A DNA stretch of 61,856 nucleotides, filler included, from Pseudobdellovibrionaceae bacterium (GTDB lineage: Bacteria; Bdellovibrionota; Bdellovibrionia; Bdellovibrionales; UBA1609), in NCBI GenBank assembly GCA_030591685.1. It is 5 parts of 5 records of this genome, joined end to end, with 100 filler letters (N's around TTAATTAATTAA, not from the genome) between each part and the next. Parts side by side here need not be neighbours in the genome. Positions count along the whole stretch, not along the records: positions 18,277 to 40,558 come from JAUVAX010000035.1; 4 more parts are not named here. One strand, given 5' to 3'. Shown here in pieces: positions 28,441 to 37,576 of the stretch. A program made the translations under genes and the position numbers. The notes under the pieces were generated by a model. That model had not been told where the DNA came from, did no database searches, and worked only from the letters and a program-made list of their open reading frames with translations. Numbering within the stretch: the stretch's first letter is position 1; each line of letters starts with the position of its first letter.

Positions 28441-30711
28441 TTATTTACCTAAACACTCTTCTTTTGTCGCAATTTCTTCAAATAATCCCTTTAACTTATA
28501 ACCATTTACTTTAAAATTAGTCGCTGCTACATCGAGCATTTCTTGGTCATAAATAACAGGGTCTCGTTTGCATACAGAGCGATAAACTCTTTTAGCCATA
28601 CATGTTGGGAAGGCCTTTGAGTTAGAAAGCATTGTTGCAAAACCATTAACTCCATATCCACTTTGTACTGAAGGCCATCCAAAATAATTGGCATTAGCAC
28701 CCTTGTTTGCATAGTTAATAAAAGAGTTAGACATCATGTAATATCCGCTAGGGTATACGCTGTCGTTGTGGTTCATTTTCTTCACAATTCCTTTAGGGTT
28801 TTGCTCGGTCATAAAGGGGTTTTCATCTGAGGGGTTACCATTGGGTAATATATTTGCATTTTTAACAAAACCGTTTTCAAAAGTGAACTGTCCAAAGGCC
28901 CCTCTTAAACTATCCATAACAGAGTGACAGGCACGGCAAGTAGTTGTGTATTTACTGTGGTCACCGGCAGGGAAGCGATCTATATCACGACCCACAAATG
29001 AATCAGGGCCTTCTGAATCTGACCAGTTATCTATAGGTATACATAAAAACTCCCTAAAGGAGTATTCGACAAGTCTACGGTTTGTGCCCGCAACAGCATG
29101 AGCAGCCATAAAGGCGCGAGATGTTATAGCTCCGGCAGCGTCCGCGGTATCAATAGTTGTGACCGCTCCATCAGAATTAATTTGCTTTTGAGGGGAGGTC
29201 CTAATTAGTACATCAGTATAGTTATAAAACCCATCTTGAAGGCCTTTATAATGATTATTACTCATTAGCATATCTAACTTTGTATTGCTAGGGACACTCG
29301 CCTTAGACGTGTCAGCAATGTAAGAGTAATTGCCTGTTAAAAGTTCACGAGCATCACGGTTATCGCGCGTTGTCCCTATAAACATGGCTATAAAATCTGA
29401 AAATTCTGAGTTCACTGTTTCGTCTCTTGTAGACATACGAGCTGCAAAATCACGCACTGTAATATTGTAAAAATCAGGCTCTTGAGTAGCAAGGGCTGCA
29501 GCTCCAATTAAATCACCGGAGTTAATTAGTACTGACATTTGGGAAATAATTGGGTTAGTCACAGGAGTACTGACGCCAACAAGTCTTTTGTACATAAGCG
29601 AGGCTTTTGAGTGACTGCTGGAGACTACAAAGTTCTCATCTAAAGTTTGTGAACTATAGTGTTTGATCCCCGGCGCCAGAGAACCTAAAATTTGCTCTTT
29701 AGTTAAGGCCTTACAGTATATGGCCGCAAGGTGTATGTTACCATTCCAACTGCGTTTTTCTGACGTGTAAGTGTCCCCATGGTCACTATCGACTTCGTTA
29801 CCAAAGGAGAGCAGAGCATTGGCGTCCCAATCGAGTGAACCTGTAAAATCATTACTCCCAGCAATGGTTTGAATAAATGCATGTGTAGGTACACCGTTAT
29901 CATCATTTCTAGTAATATAGACCTGTGTGGTCCCGTTTGAATCACGTGTGAGAATGATTTGTTGAAGCTTTTTGAGTTCTAGCTTTCCGGGATCAACTTT
30001 TATATTTGCACTGGAAGGGAGAAACTGACCAGCAAAGTCGGGGTTTTCAAATGGTTTTATGGCATTGCTTGTTTTCATGTTGAGCCTGTAAGTAGATTGA
30101 CCACTGTTCCCATCGTACTCTTGACCGATAAAGAAATTACTTCGCGCTGAGGCAAGGCTTTCAACAAGGGTTCCACCGAGGGGGTTTATATTTTCTGTTT
30201 GAGAGGTTAAGGCAATAATTCGTGCTGGTGCGAAAACAAGTTTCTCGAGTTGTTTATCCTTCATATCCACTTCGTTTTCAACCCAAAGCTCTATAGTAAA
30301 AGCATTGCTTGCATTACAAGCATCGAGTACTTTACTGGCCACAGGGGAGGTGAGGCGGTTATTAGACGCTCCAAGTGTGAGATATGTTTTAGTCAATGGA
30401 GAGGCTGTGATATTAGCAGGGGAATTCGCCGGAATACTTAAAGAACCTGTCCCCACAGCATTCATATACTTTATAGATAAGTTTAAGGGGCTGCCAACAT
30501 TAGAAACATCTACAACTTGATCCCCTGAAACAGAGTTAAATAAATAAAGACTTTGAAGGCCAAGATCATTCATCTTTGACTGCCAGTCCCCTTGATTGTA
30601 CAGATGAGCATTCCCACTTTCATCAGAATAGTTGCCAAAGACATCTAAGCCATAGGCTGACTGAGAAATGCAGAAGAGAATTGTAAATGTTAAAAAAAGT
30701 TTTTTTATCAT
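28441..30711 (-). CDS. Secreted LamG-like + mono-heme c protein (DUF1585/1588-like C-terminus)
   Basis: Sec signal (AYG); LamG/ConA-like FTIELWV..ARIIAL..FFIGQ..LSFGNE..WNGNIHLAAIY..ALT; CRACH; FPTCMAKRVYRSVC..LKGLFEEIA. Confidence 0.7.
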   Translation of the reverse strand: MIKKLFLTFTILFCISQSAYGLDVFGNYSDESGNAHLYNQGDWQSKMNDLGLQSLYLFNSVSGDQVVDVSNVGSPLNLSIKYMNAVGTGSLSIPANSPANITASPLTKTYLTLGASNNRLTSPVASKVLDACNASNAFTIELWVENEVDMKDKQLEKLVFAPARIIALTSQTENINPLGGTLVESLASARSNFFIGQEYDGNSGQSTYRLNMKTSNAIKPFENPDFAGQFLPSSANIKVDPGKLELKKLQQIILTRDSNGTTQVYITRNDDNGVPTHAFIQTIAGSNDFTGSLDWDANALLSFGNEVDSDHGDTYTSEKRSWNGNIHLAAIYCKALTKEQILGSLAPGIKHYSSQTLDENFVVSSSHSKASLMYKRLVGVSTPVTNPIISQMSVLINSGDLIGAAALATQEPDFYNITVRDFAARMSTRDETVNSEFSDFIAMFIGTTRDNRDARELLTGNYSYIADTSKASVPSNTKLDMLMSNNHYKGLQDGFYNYTDVLIRTSPQKQINSDGAVTTIDTADAAGAITSRAFMAAHAVAGTNRRLVEYSFREFLCIPIDNWSDSEGPDSFVGRDIDRFPAGDHSKYTTTCRACHSVMDSLRGAFGQFTFENGFVKNANILPNGNPSDENPFMTEQNPKGIVKKMNHNDSVYPSGYYMMSNSFINYANKGANANYFGWPSVQSGYGVNGFATMLSNSKAFPTCMAKRVYRSVCKRDPVIYDQEMLDVAATNFKVNGYKLKGLFEEIATKEECLGK

Positions 30712-30734
30712 TTCTTATGCCCTCGTAAAGTTTG

Positions 30735-32612
30735 TTAAGGTAGGTCTACAAAAAATGCAGACCCTGCCAATGTTTTAGTAATTCCATCAATAGTAAACTC
30801 GAGATTAGATAATGGAGCTCCCATAAGAACTTGACCATTACTAACGCTCACAGAAGCTCCCAGAAGAGCAGGGTTTGTGTCAGATCTAAACTCATCCATT
30901 ATTTTATAATCAGCTTTTTCTAAATCAGAACCAACACCAGAGAGGTTATAGTAAAACCCGGCCCCTTTATTATTATCGAATGTATGAGAGCCTACAACAA
31001 GTGATGTGCTATCAAGACTAACACTTATTCCAAAACCTGAAACATTTTGTGCTGTTAACTTATATGGGGTCCCGTTAAAGCCCCCTTTATAAAGGTAAGC
31101 AAACCCTGAACCTTCGCCGTAAGCTCCCACTACAATGTTGGCGCCTTTGACATCTACTGAAACTCCAAAATGATCTTGATCACCAGTACTGGCGGACAGT
31201 TTTGCTGATTGCGAAAAGATACCACCACTTTTCTCAAAGACATAAGCGGCACCTGGGCCTGTTGAAATATTGTAATCACTGCTATAATTGTTGGCTGTAA
31301 CAGGGGCCCCGACCACAAGGGTGTTCCCATCAATGGCAACACTAGAGCCAAAGAGACCTTCTATTTGTCGATCAGAGGGAGTAATTTTTTGTTCAAAAGT
31401 TAATGTTGAATTTAAATTTGCATAAACATAAACGGCACCATGTAGCTTAGGTTGTAATCCTGCGGGGGTTTGTGTGCTTCCATTGTCACCAGGAGCACCA
31501 ACAATAAGGTATCCACCAGAGGCATCTAAGGATTCACCAAAGTGATCCCCTGTTGTTATAACATTGGCACTGCCTGAAGGTAAAAGCTCTTGAGCTTGCT
31601 TGCTCCAATTACCACTAGAGTACCTATATATATAGACAACGCCATTTTTATAAGTCTCCGGGATGCCGGCAGTAGAACGAGTACTTGCGGCACCTAAAAA
31701 CAAGGTATTGCCATCATCACTCATCGCCACACCCTTAAGTTGAGCGGTAGAAAAAGTGGCCGGTGTTAATTTTTGTTCAAAAGACCAGGACCCATTATTT
31801 ATACGGTATACAAAGGCGGCCCCATTACTTGTACTTCCATGGTTAGGAGCCATTATGACTGCAAGGTTCCATTTTATAAGGACTATATTACCGAACCCAC
31901 TTTCAGTCTGCACATCATTACCAGTTGTTGGGGCGCTATCAAGGGCTGTTACTTTTTGAGTATTAAGACACCCTAAGTAGCTACTAGCACTAGGACCTCG
32001 AAGTAAATTTACGTTGACCTCAAGAGTATTAGAAGAAAGTGACTCATCACCACAACTCCACGTGGTTTCAAAACTTACTTTTGCCGAGCCTCCGCCCGAT
32101 AAACACTGAACATTGTTGCCCTGAGTAATACGAACTCTATTGTTACCAGGATTCAATTGCAAATTAAAAATATTACTGGCTATGTCCCCAGAGGAATCAA
32201 AAATATTAGTAAGAGTTCTAGTTCTAGAATCTATTTGCTTTGTGCTGGCACCTCTAAGAGTTTCTTGAATCGTCGGGTTAGGGTGAGTGAGTGTGGCTGT
32301 AAAAGTAATATCAACGTCATTAGAAGTGCCAGACTCGGTGTCCATTCCAATACTATAGTTTACATTAGTCGTTGAAATATTACTTATACTTACGCTGGCT
32401 TGGCTAAAACCAATGCATAAATCGGGCTGTGGAGGAGGCAGCAAAGGGTCACCTGGGTTGCCTGTATTAATTAAAGGGTCAGTCATTGAGTCGAGAGTGT
32501 GTACGTCTCCTGTTGGACCGCAATTTTGATAGGTGAACAAAATTAATGTCAAACTCATAAAAAGCCAAAAGCGTTTAAGCCTATTAATGGTAGAAGTTTT
32601 TTGAATGTTCAT
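30735..32612 (-). CDS. FG-GAP repeat beta-propeller lipoprotein
   Basis: Lipobox-like FTYQN-C; repeats FGESLD..LIVGAP..GAVYVY, FGSSVA..LVVGAP..GAAYVF, FGVSVD..IVVGAY, LGASVS..LMGAP. Confidence 0.85.
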   Translation of the reverse strand: MNIQKTSTINRLKRFWLFMSLTLILFTYQNCGPTGDVHTLDSMTDPLINTGNPGDPLLPPPQPDLCIGFSQASVSISNISTTNVNYSIGMDTESGTSNDVDITFTATLTHPNPTIQETLRGASTKQIDSRTRTLTNIFDSSGDIASNIFNLQLNPGNNRVRITQGNNVQCLSGGGSAKVSFETTWSCGDESLSSNTLEVNVNLLRGPSASSYLGCLNTQKVTALDSAPTTGNDVQTESGFGNIVLIKWNLAVIMAPNHGSTSNGAAFVYRINNGSWSFEQKLTPATFSTAQLKGVAMSDDGNTLFLGAASTRSTAGIPETYKNGVVYIYRYSSGNWSKQAQELLPSGSANVITTGDHFGESLDASGGYLIVGAPGDNGSTQTPAGLQPKLHGAVYVYANLNSTLTFEQKITPSDRQIEGLFGSSVAIDGNTLVVGAPVTANNYSSDYNISTGPGAAYVFEKSGGIFSQSAKLSASTGDQDHFGVSVDVKGANIVVGAYGEGSGFAYLYKGGFNGTPYKLTAQNVSGFGISVSLDSTSLVVGSHTFDNNKGAGFYYNLSGVGSDLEKADYKIMDEFRSDTNPALLGASVSVSNGQVLMGAPLSNLEFTIDGITKTLAGSAFFVDLP

Positions 32613-32721
32613 TAAACCTCCCCTGGGCTTACGTTGTATCTATATGAGATAAAAACGTTACTCTTCAAATCTTCTTAAATTAAAAATTTTTTTATCGTGC
32701 TCAACTTAATTTATAGTTAAA

Positions 32722-32737
32722 AGCAATGTGTGTGCCA
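32722..32737 (-). promoter_or_regulatory. Sigma-54 (-24/-12) promoter of the six-gene operon
   Basis: Minus strand TGGCAC-ACACA-TTGCT, exact TGGCAC-N5-TTGCW consensus, about 110 nt upstream of ATG 32612. Confidence 0.8.
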
Positions 32738-33036
32738 GTCCAACTCCTGTACAAGTGACTAGGGACCTAACTTCTGTTGAGTCATTAGACAGTGAATAAA
32801 CACTATACATTAGTTTAGGGTTTATTTTTTATGTAATATTGTATGTCTATAAAAGTTCAGAGAAAATAGCAGTTTTAATGTGCTTAATTGATACGGTTAA
32901 TTTTGAACTCTCATTATGAGCGTCATAGAGATTAAGGCGCTACCCTAGCGTTTCACTATATATATAGACACAAGACATAGGTGTTAGAACTGTAATCCAA
33001 TAAGTAATTTTATAGATCAAGGACTCTACCATGGCA

Positions 33037-34698
33037 CTAGTGTCTAACATAGGCTTCAGCAAGGTTTACAGTATGGTTTTTAATTCGCCTTAAGGATACT
33101 GAAATATCACTAAGAGTGAGACTGGCAAGAGGTGGGTACTTGCCCTCTTTAACCCGTTGTAAATAATTGTCTTTAATGGTGTTTGCGTATTTATTAAAGG
33201 CATTAATAAGGGTATTGAATTTTTCCATATCTAAGTGTTGCTTGTTTTTTATTGAGGCCTGGACAAGGTCAAATAATTCGATGTTAGAAGTGATTAAGTA
33301 CTCAAGCTCTTTTAATGTTTCTAAATCATAAACGATGTTGTCATCAAATCGTCTTGAAGAGTAATGAATGATAGAGTCACAGTAATCACTAATAGACTCC
33401 AGTTCATCACTTTCTCTCGTGATTGCAGAGGATCGAACAGATTGCAGCTGCGAAAGAGGCTTTTCAATGACCTTGCTTATAAAAATCATGATTTCTTTTT
33501 GCATGTTATCAGTGATGTCCTCATACTTTTTGACTCTGTTCTCTTCATTTAATTTTCTTTCTTTGGAGAGTAAGTATGATTTGGTGTCCTCTAAAGAGAT
33601 TTTCACTAAATCAGCCATTTTTACAATTTCTTGATGGGCCTGTTCAAGGGCCATAGCTGGTGAGAGGTTTTCTATGTCTCCAAAAAACTCTAGATGTTTA
33701 GTCTCTTTTTTATCTTTACCTGGTAAGATTTTAACGACAATGTTTTTTAAGGGGTTAAGAAAGGGCAAAAATATAAGTACGTTAATAACATTAAATGCAG
33801 TATGCCCGGCCGCGATATGTGCCGCTATATGGGGCCTAGAGCCGTCACTGGCTGTGAAGTCAGCAAGTCCTGGAATGAGGACTTCGACAAGCTCCTTGTA
33901 GCTCCAAAAAAAAGTGGTCAGTGTTAAAACTCCTAAAACATTAAACAGGGCATGAGCTAAGCTCGCCCTTTTAGCATTAGTGTTTGCCCCCACACCAGCA
34001 AGTAAAGCGGTTATTGTTGTTCCGATGTTTTCACCCATAACCAGTGCTAGGGCCGTTTGAAAATTTATGGCTCCAGACACAGCTAAAGCAATGGTGATAC
34101 CTAACATTGCAGAACTAGACTGAATTATAAAAGTTAACATACACCCTACGCCGATAGTGGCTAGCAAAGATAGGTAGGAGTCGGCCGTGAAATAAACAAG
34201 CAAAGACATAAACCCCTCATCAGTTTTTAAGGGGGCAAAAGCACTGCTCATATATTTTAGGCCAATAAATATAAACCCCACGCCTAAGAGGGTGTTGCAG
34301 AGGTATTTAAATTTTTCACTCTTAATGAGAATTGGCGCTAAGCCTCCAAATGCTATAAATAAAAGCCCATATTTACTCACTTTAAATGAAATAATCCACC
34401 CGGTAATAGTTGTGCCAATGTTGGCACCAAAGATAATACCGATGGCTTGAGTTAAGTTCATAAGCCCTGCATTTACAAAGCCAATAACCATAACTGTTGT
34501 AACAGAGCTGGATTGAACAATACACGTGACCACAAGACCAACAAATACAGCTGAAAAACGATTGGTAGTAAGGCTATTAATCAGTGTTCTAACTATAGCA
34601 CCTGAGGCCGCCTGTAGATTGTCAGAGAGTAGCTTCATGCCAAAGAAGAATATCCCTAAGCCCCCTAGAACTGTGTAAGTTAACTTAAACCAATCCAT
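33037..34698 (-). CDS. Na+/Pi cotransporter with C-terminal PhoU-like domain
   Basis: GGLGIFFFGM, two QSSS repeats, GANIGTT and GENIGTT, helical PhoU-like C-terminus. Confidence 0.92.
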   Translation of the reverse strand: MDWFKLTYTVLGGLGIFFFGMKLLSDNLQAASGAIVRTLINSLTTNRFSAVFVGLVVTCIVQSSSVTTVMVIGFVNAGLMNLTQAIGIIFGANIGTTITGWIISFKVSKYGLLFIAFGGLAPILIKSEKFKYLCNTLLGVGFIFIGLKYMSSAFAPLKTDEGFMSLLVYFTADSYLSLLATIGVGCMLTFIIQSSSAMLGITIALAVSGAINFQTALALVMGENIGTTITALLAGVGANTNAKRASLAHALFNVLGVLTLTTFFWSYKELVEVLIPGLADFTASDGSRPHIAAHIAAGHTAFNVINVLIFLPFLNPLKNIVVKILPGKDKKETKHLEFFGDIENLSPAMALEQAHQEIVKMADLVKISLEDTKSYLLSKERKLNEENRVKKYEDITDNMQKEIMIFISKVIEKPLSQLQSVRSSAITRESDELESISDYCDSIIHYSSRRFDDNIVYDLETLKELEYLITSNIELFDLVQASIKNKQHLDMEKFNTLINAFNKYANTIKDNYLQRVKEGKYPPLASLTLSDISVSLRRIKNHTVNLAEAYVRH

Positions 34699-34828
34699 GA
34701 AAGTCTCCTTTTATGAATACCTAAGGTGCCAGATTATAATGGCAGGAGCAAAGGAATATTTAAACATTTGCTTTAGTTTTTTCTAAGGGTAAAAAGGTCT
34801 TTCAATTGAGCATCACAGAATGACTTGC

Positions 34829-35389
34829 CTATAGTTTTTGCAGAAATTTAATGATCTCAGTAGGTGACATAATGTATGTGGGTTTCATCTCTCTTAATGC
34901 CGAGTCCGGCATTATTGGCGCTGTGGCTGTTTTTGGGTCCTGAACAATAGTGGTCCCTCCCTGCTTTTGGACCTCTTTAAGCCCCTCAGTGCCGTCACAG
35001 TTGAGACCGGTAAGAAGGATTGCTAACACTCTGTTTTTATAGACTTTGGCCGCCGATTTAAAAAGGTCATTAATAGATGGTTTACAGCTAAAAAAAGGGG
35101 CTCCATCTGATAGTCCTACCTTTTGAATGTGCGTCACAATTAAATGGGAGCCTGGTGGGGCAAAGTAAATATAATTAGCTCGAATCTTCTGCTGCTCCGT
35201 GCCCCACATAATGTCTAACTCAGAGCGTATATGGATTTGATGTAACCAGTTTTTATCAAAATTTTTTGTGATGTGATTTACTGCCAGTATTGGGGCCTCA
35301 AAATCACCAGGGATTTTGGGTAAAATTTTCTCATAAACTGTTAACCCCCCAAGAGAGGCTCCCATGACAACAACGCCGTAATCTATCAT
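34829..35389 (-). CDS. cheB: Stand-alone CheB-type methylesterase domain
   Basis: GASLGG (Ser), VNH (His), KPSINDLFKSAA, LLTGLNCDG (Asp), TIVQDP..A..PIMP; no receiver domain. Confidence 0.85.
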   Translation of the reverse strand: MIDYGVVVMGASLGGLTVYEKILPKIPGDFEAPILAVNHITKNFDKNWLHQIHIRSELDIMWGTEQQKIRANYIYFAPPGSHLIVTHIQKVGLSDGAPFFSCKPSINDLFKSAAKVYKNRVLAILLTGLNCDGTEGLKEVQKQGGTTIVQDPKTATAPIMPDSALREMKPTYIMSPTEIIKFLQKL

Positions 35390-35390
35390 T

Positions 35391-36101
35391 TTATGCAGCC
35401 AGTAAGCTTTTTGCTTTATTAATACGCTGCTTTAATACACTGACCTCTTCTTTGAGTTTAATATTTTCATTTTGTAGCTTTAAGACCTCTGTGTTCAAAA
35501 GTTTTAGTTTTTGAACAACCTTCTCAACGTTTCTTTTATTATCTGGGCTTTGTAAACTATTAAGTTCACCGGTACTGACGCTCATTTCATTAGGTACCGT
35601 TTCGACAGGTCTTTTTAGCTTTTGGTCACTATCTAGTGAGTCTTCAATATCGGGTAAGATATAAAGTTTTTCATCAATCATTTTTATATTTAAATCACCT
35701 TGGTTAATCATATATCTCACTTCTTCTATAATTTTAACAAAAGCTGTCGAAATTTCAGCCTTTGAGGGTGTTTTTTCACTCATCAGTCCAAGAATGCGTT
35801 TTTTGTGTCCATGGGTAAAAGTTCCTGTGCATTTTTCAAAGGTTTCAGGGGGCAGGCCCTTAAAGGCAATGGCTAAAGTTAAGTCCTGCAGTCGGGGTAC
35901 AATTTCAGCTAAAACAGTAGCGTCCCATAAAAGTATTCTTTCAAGTGTTAGAATTTTACTCTCTAAGGCCAGGGCCCAATCTGTGTTTTCACTCTCTACA
36001 TTTTCAAGAAGTTTTTGCTGTTTTTGAGGTCCGCAGGTTTCTATAAGTTGGACAAGTTGAACAAATCCGCCGGGTCTTTGGTATCTAGTGAGCATGGACA
36101 T
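35391..36101 (-). CDS. FliG C-terminal-like domain protein with C-terminal coiled coil
   Basis: GGFVQLVQLIET..KQQKLL, LAIAFKGL and AFVKIIEEVRYM resemble FliG-C helices; heptad tail LKLLNTEVLKLQNENIKLKEEVSVLKQRI. Confidence 0.55.
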   Translation of the reverse strand: MSMLTRYQRPGGFVQLVQLIETCGPQKQQKLLENVESENTDWALALESKILTLERILLWDATVLAEIVPRLQDLTLAIAFKGLPPETFEKCTGTFTHGHKKRILGLMSEKTPSKAEISTAFVKIIEEVRYMINQGDLNIKMIDEKLYILPDIEDSLDSDQKLKRPVETVPNEMSVSTGELNSLQSPDNKRNVEKVVQKLKLLNTEVLKLQNENIKLKEEVSVLKQRINKAKSLLAA

Positions 36102-36138
36102 AATTATTTACCTCTTAAATAGTGGGTTTCAATGTAGC

Positions 36139-36166
36139 TTATCGGTAAAATAAAATGTAAATTTTA
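36139..36166 (-). promoter_or_regulatory. Sigma-28 (FliA)-like promoter
   Basis: Minus strand TAAAATTT-N12-ACCGATAA versus consensus TAAAGTTT-N11-GCCGATAA; 37 nt upstream of ATG 36101. Confidence 0.55.
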
Positions 36167-36307
36167 TGAGTTTGGCATAGAGAGTATTAATTATTGTGTA
36201 TTAATATGGATCAAAAATTTACCTTGTAACACACCATGTGCTAGGTTTGCTTGTTCAAGGCGTGATTATTGTTTTTATGGCAACAGAGCCTGTTTTGTTA
36301 TGAGAAT

Positions 36308-37576
36308 TTAAAGATCTTTATGCTGAAAATTTTTAGCATGGGGGCCTGAGTAATCCTCTACGATATGGCCCTGGCCAGAAAGTTCAAACTTATAAATAAC
36401 GAGCCCCTCTATGCCAACCGGTCCTCGGGCGTGTGTTTTATTGGTGCTAATGCCGACCTCGGCCCCAAACCCATACCTGTACCCGTCAGCAAATCGAGTG
36501 GAGGCGTTTGTCATAACACTCGAGGAATCAACAAGCTGTTTAAATAAGTTTATGGTTTCCAGATCATTACTAATTATGCAGTCAGAGTGATGAGAGCCAA
36601 ATTGATTAATGTGATCAATGGCAGAGGCACAGCTATTAACGATCTTTAACGAAACTTTTAAATCACTGTACTCCGTGTGCCAGTTTGTTACTTTTTGTAG
36701 GCGCGGGTAGAGAGAAATAATTTTTTCACACCCAAAAACACTGACTGAATTTAACTTCAGTTGTTCTAAGAGTTGAGGCAATAAATTATTAACACAAGAC
36801 TCATGAATTAAAATAGCTTCAGTGGCATTGCACGCTGAAGGGTACTGGCATTTAGAGTCTATTATGATTTTTAGAGCCATTTTTAAATCAAAAGATTTAT
36901 CGATATAAATATGGCAAACACCATCGGCATGTCCAAGAACTGGTATTTTTGTTTGTCCCATAATGTTTTGCACCATTTCATTAGAGCCTCGCGGGATGAC
37001 AAGATCGATGAGGTGGTCGTGAGTTAAAATTTCAGAAATTTCCTCTCTTGACTGTAATAGGGTTGCCCAGTGGGTCGGGAGTTTTGTTTTTATTTTTTTA
37101 ACAAGGCCCATAAAAGCTAGATTAGTATTTTTAGCCTCGGAACCCCCTTTGAGTAGACAAACATTACCACTTTTTAACATCAGAGAGAGAACTTGGGGTA
37201 TTACATCAGGCCTAGACTCAAATATTACAGCAATGACACCAATGGAGGTTGAAACTTTTTTTAAAATAAGCCCCTCGTCTAAAGCTCTTTCAAATATATT
37301 TTGGTTACAAGGGTCATCTAATTTTGATAAATCTTCGATACCCTTAACGATGTGCTTTATTTTTTCAGAACTGAGCTCTAATCTTTGATACAAACTAGGG
37401 GTGAGTTTATCTTTTTGTTCCGTTAAATCCTTCTTGTTCTCACGGAGCAAATCATCACTGTTTTGTTTCAAAAGTTGAGCGAACTCAAGGAGAGCACTAC
37501 TCTTAACCTCGTGGTTTAAAGAGGACATTTCAGGGGACTGTGATTTGCATTTTTTTAAGAGCGTGAGTAAATCCAT
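36308..37576 (-). CDS. proA: Gamma-glutamyl phosphate reductase
   Basis: IGVIAVIFESRP, LKGGSEA, DLVIPRGS, PSACNATE, NASTRFADG, GISTNKTHARGPVG. Confidence 0.95.
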   Translation of the reverse strand: MDLLTLLKKCKSQSPEMSSLNHEVKSSALLEFAQLLKQNSDDLLRENKKDLTEQKDKLTPSLYQRLELSSEKIKHIVKGIEDLSKLDDPCNQNIFERALDEGLILKKVSTSIGVIAVIFESRPDVIPQVLSLMLKSGNVCLLKGGSEAKNTNLAFMGLVKKIKTKLPTHWATLLQSREEISEILTHDHLIDLVIPRGSNEMVQNIMGQTKIPVLGHADGVCHIYIDKSFDLKMALKIIIDSKCQYPSACNATEAILIHESCVNNLLPQLLEQLKLNSVSVFGCEKIISLYPRLQKVTNWHTEYSDLKVSLKIVNSCASAIDHINQFGSHHSDCIISNDLETINLFKQLVDSSSVMTNASTRFADGYRYGFGAEVGISTNKTHARGPVGIEGLVIYKFELSGQGHIVEDYSGPHAKNFQHKDL

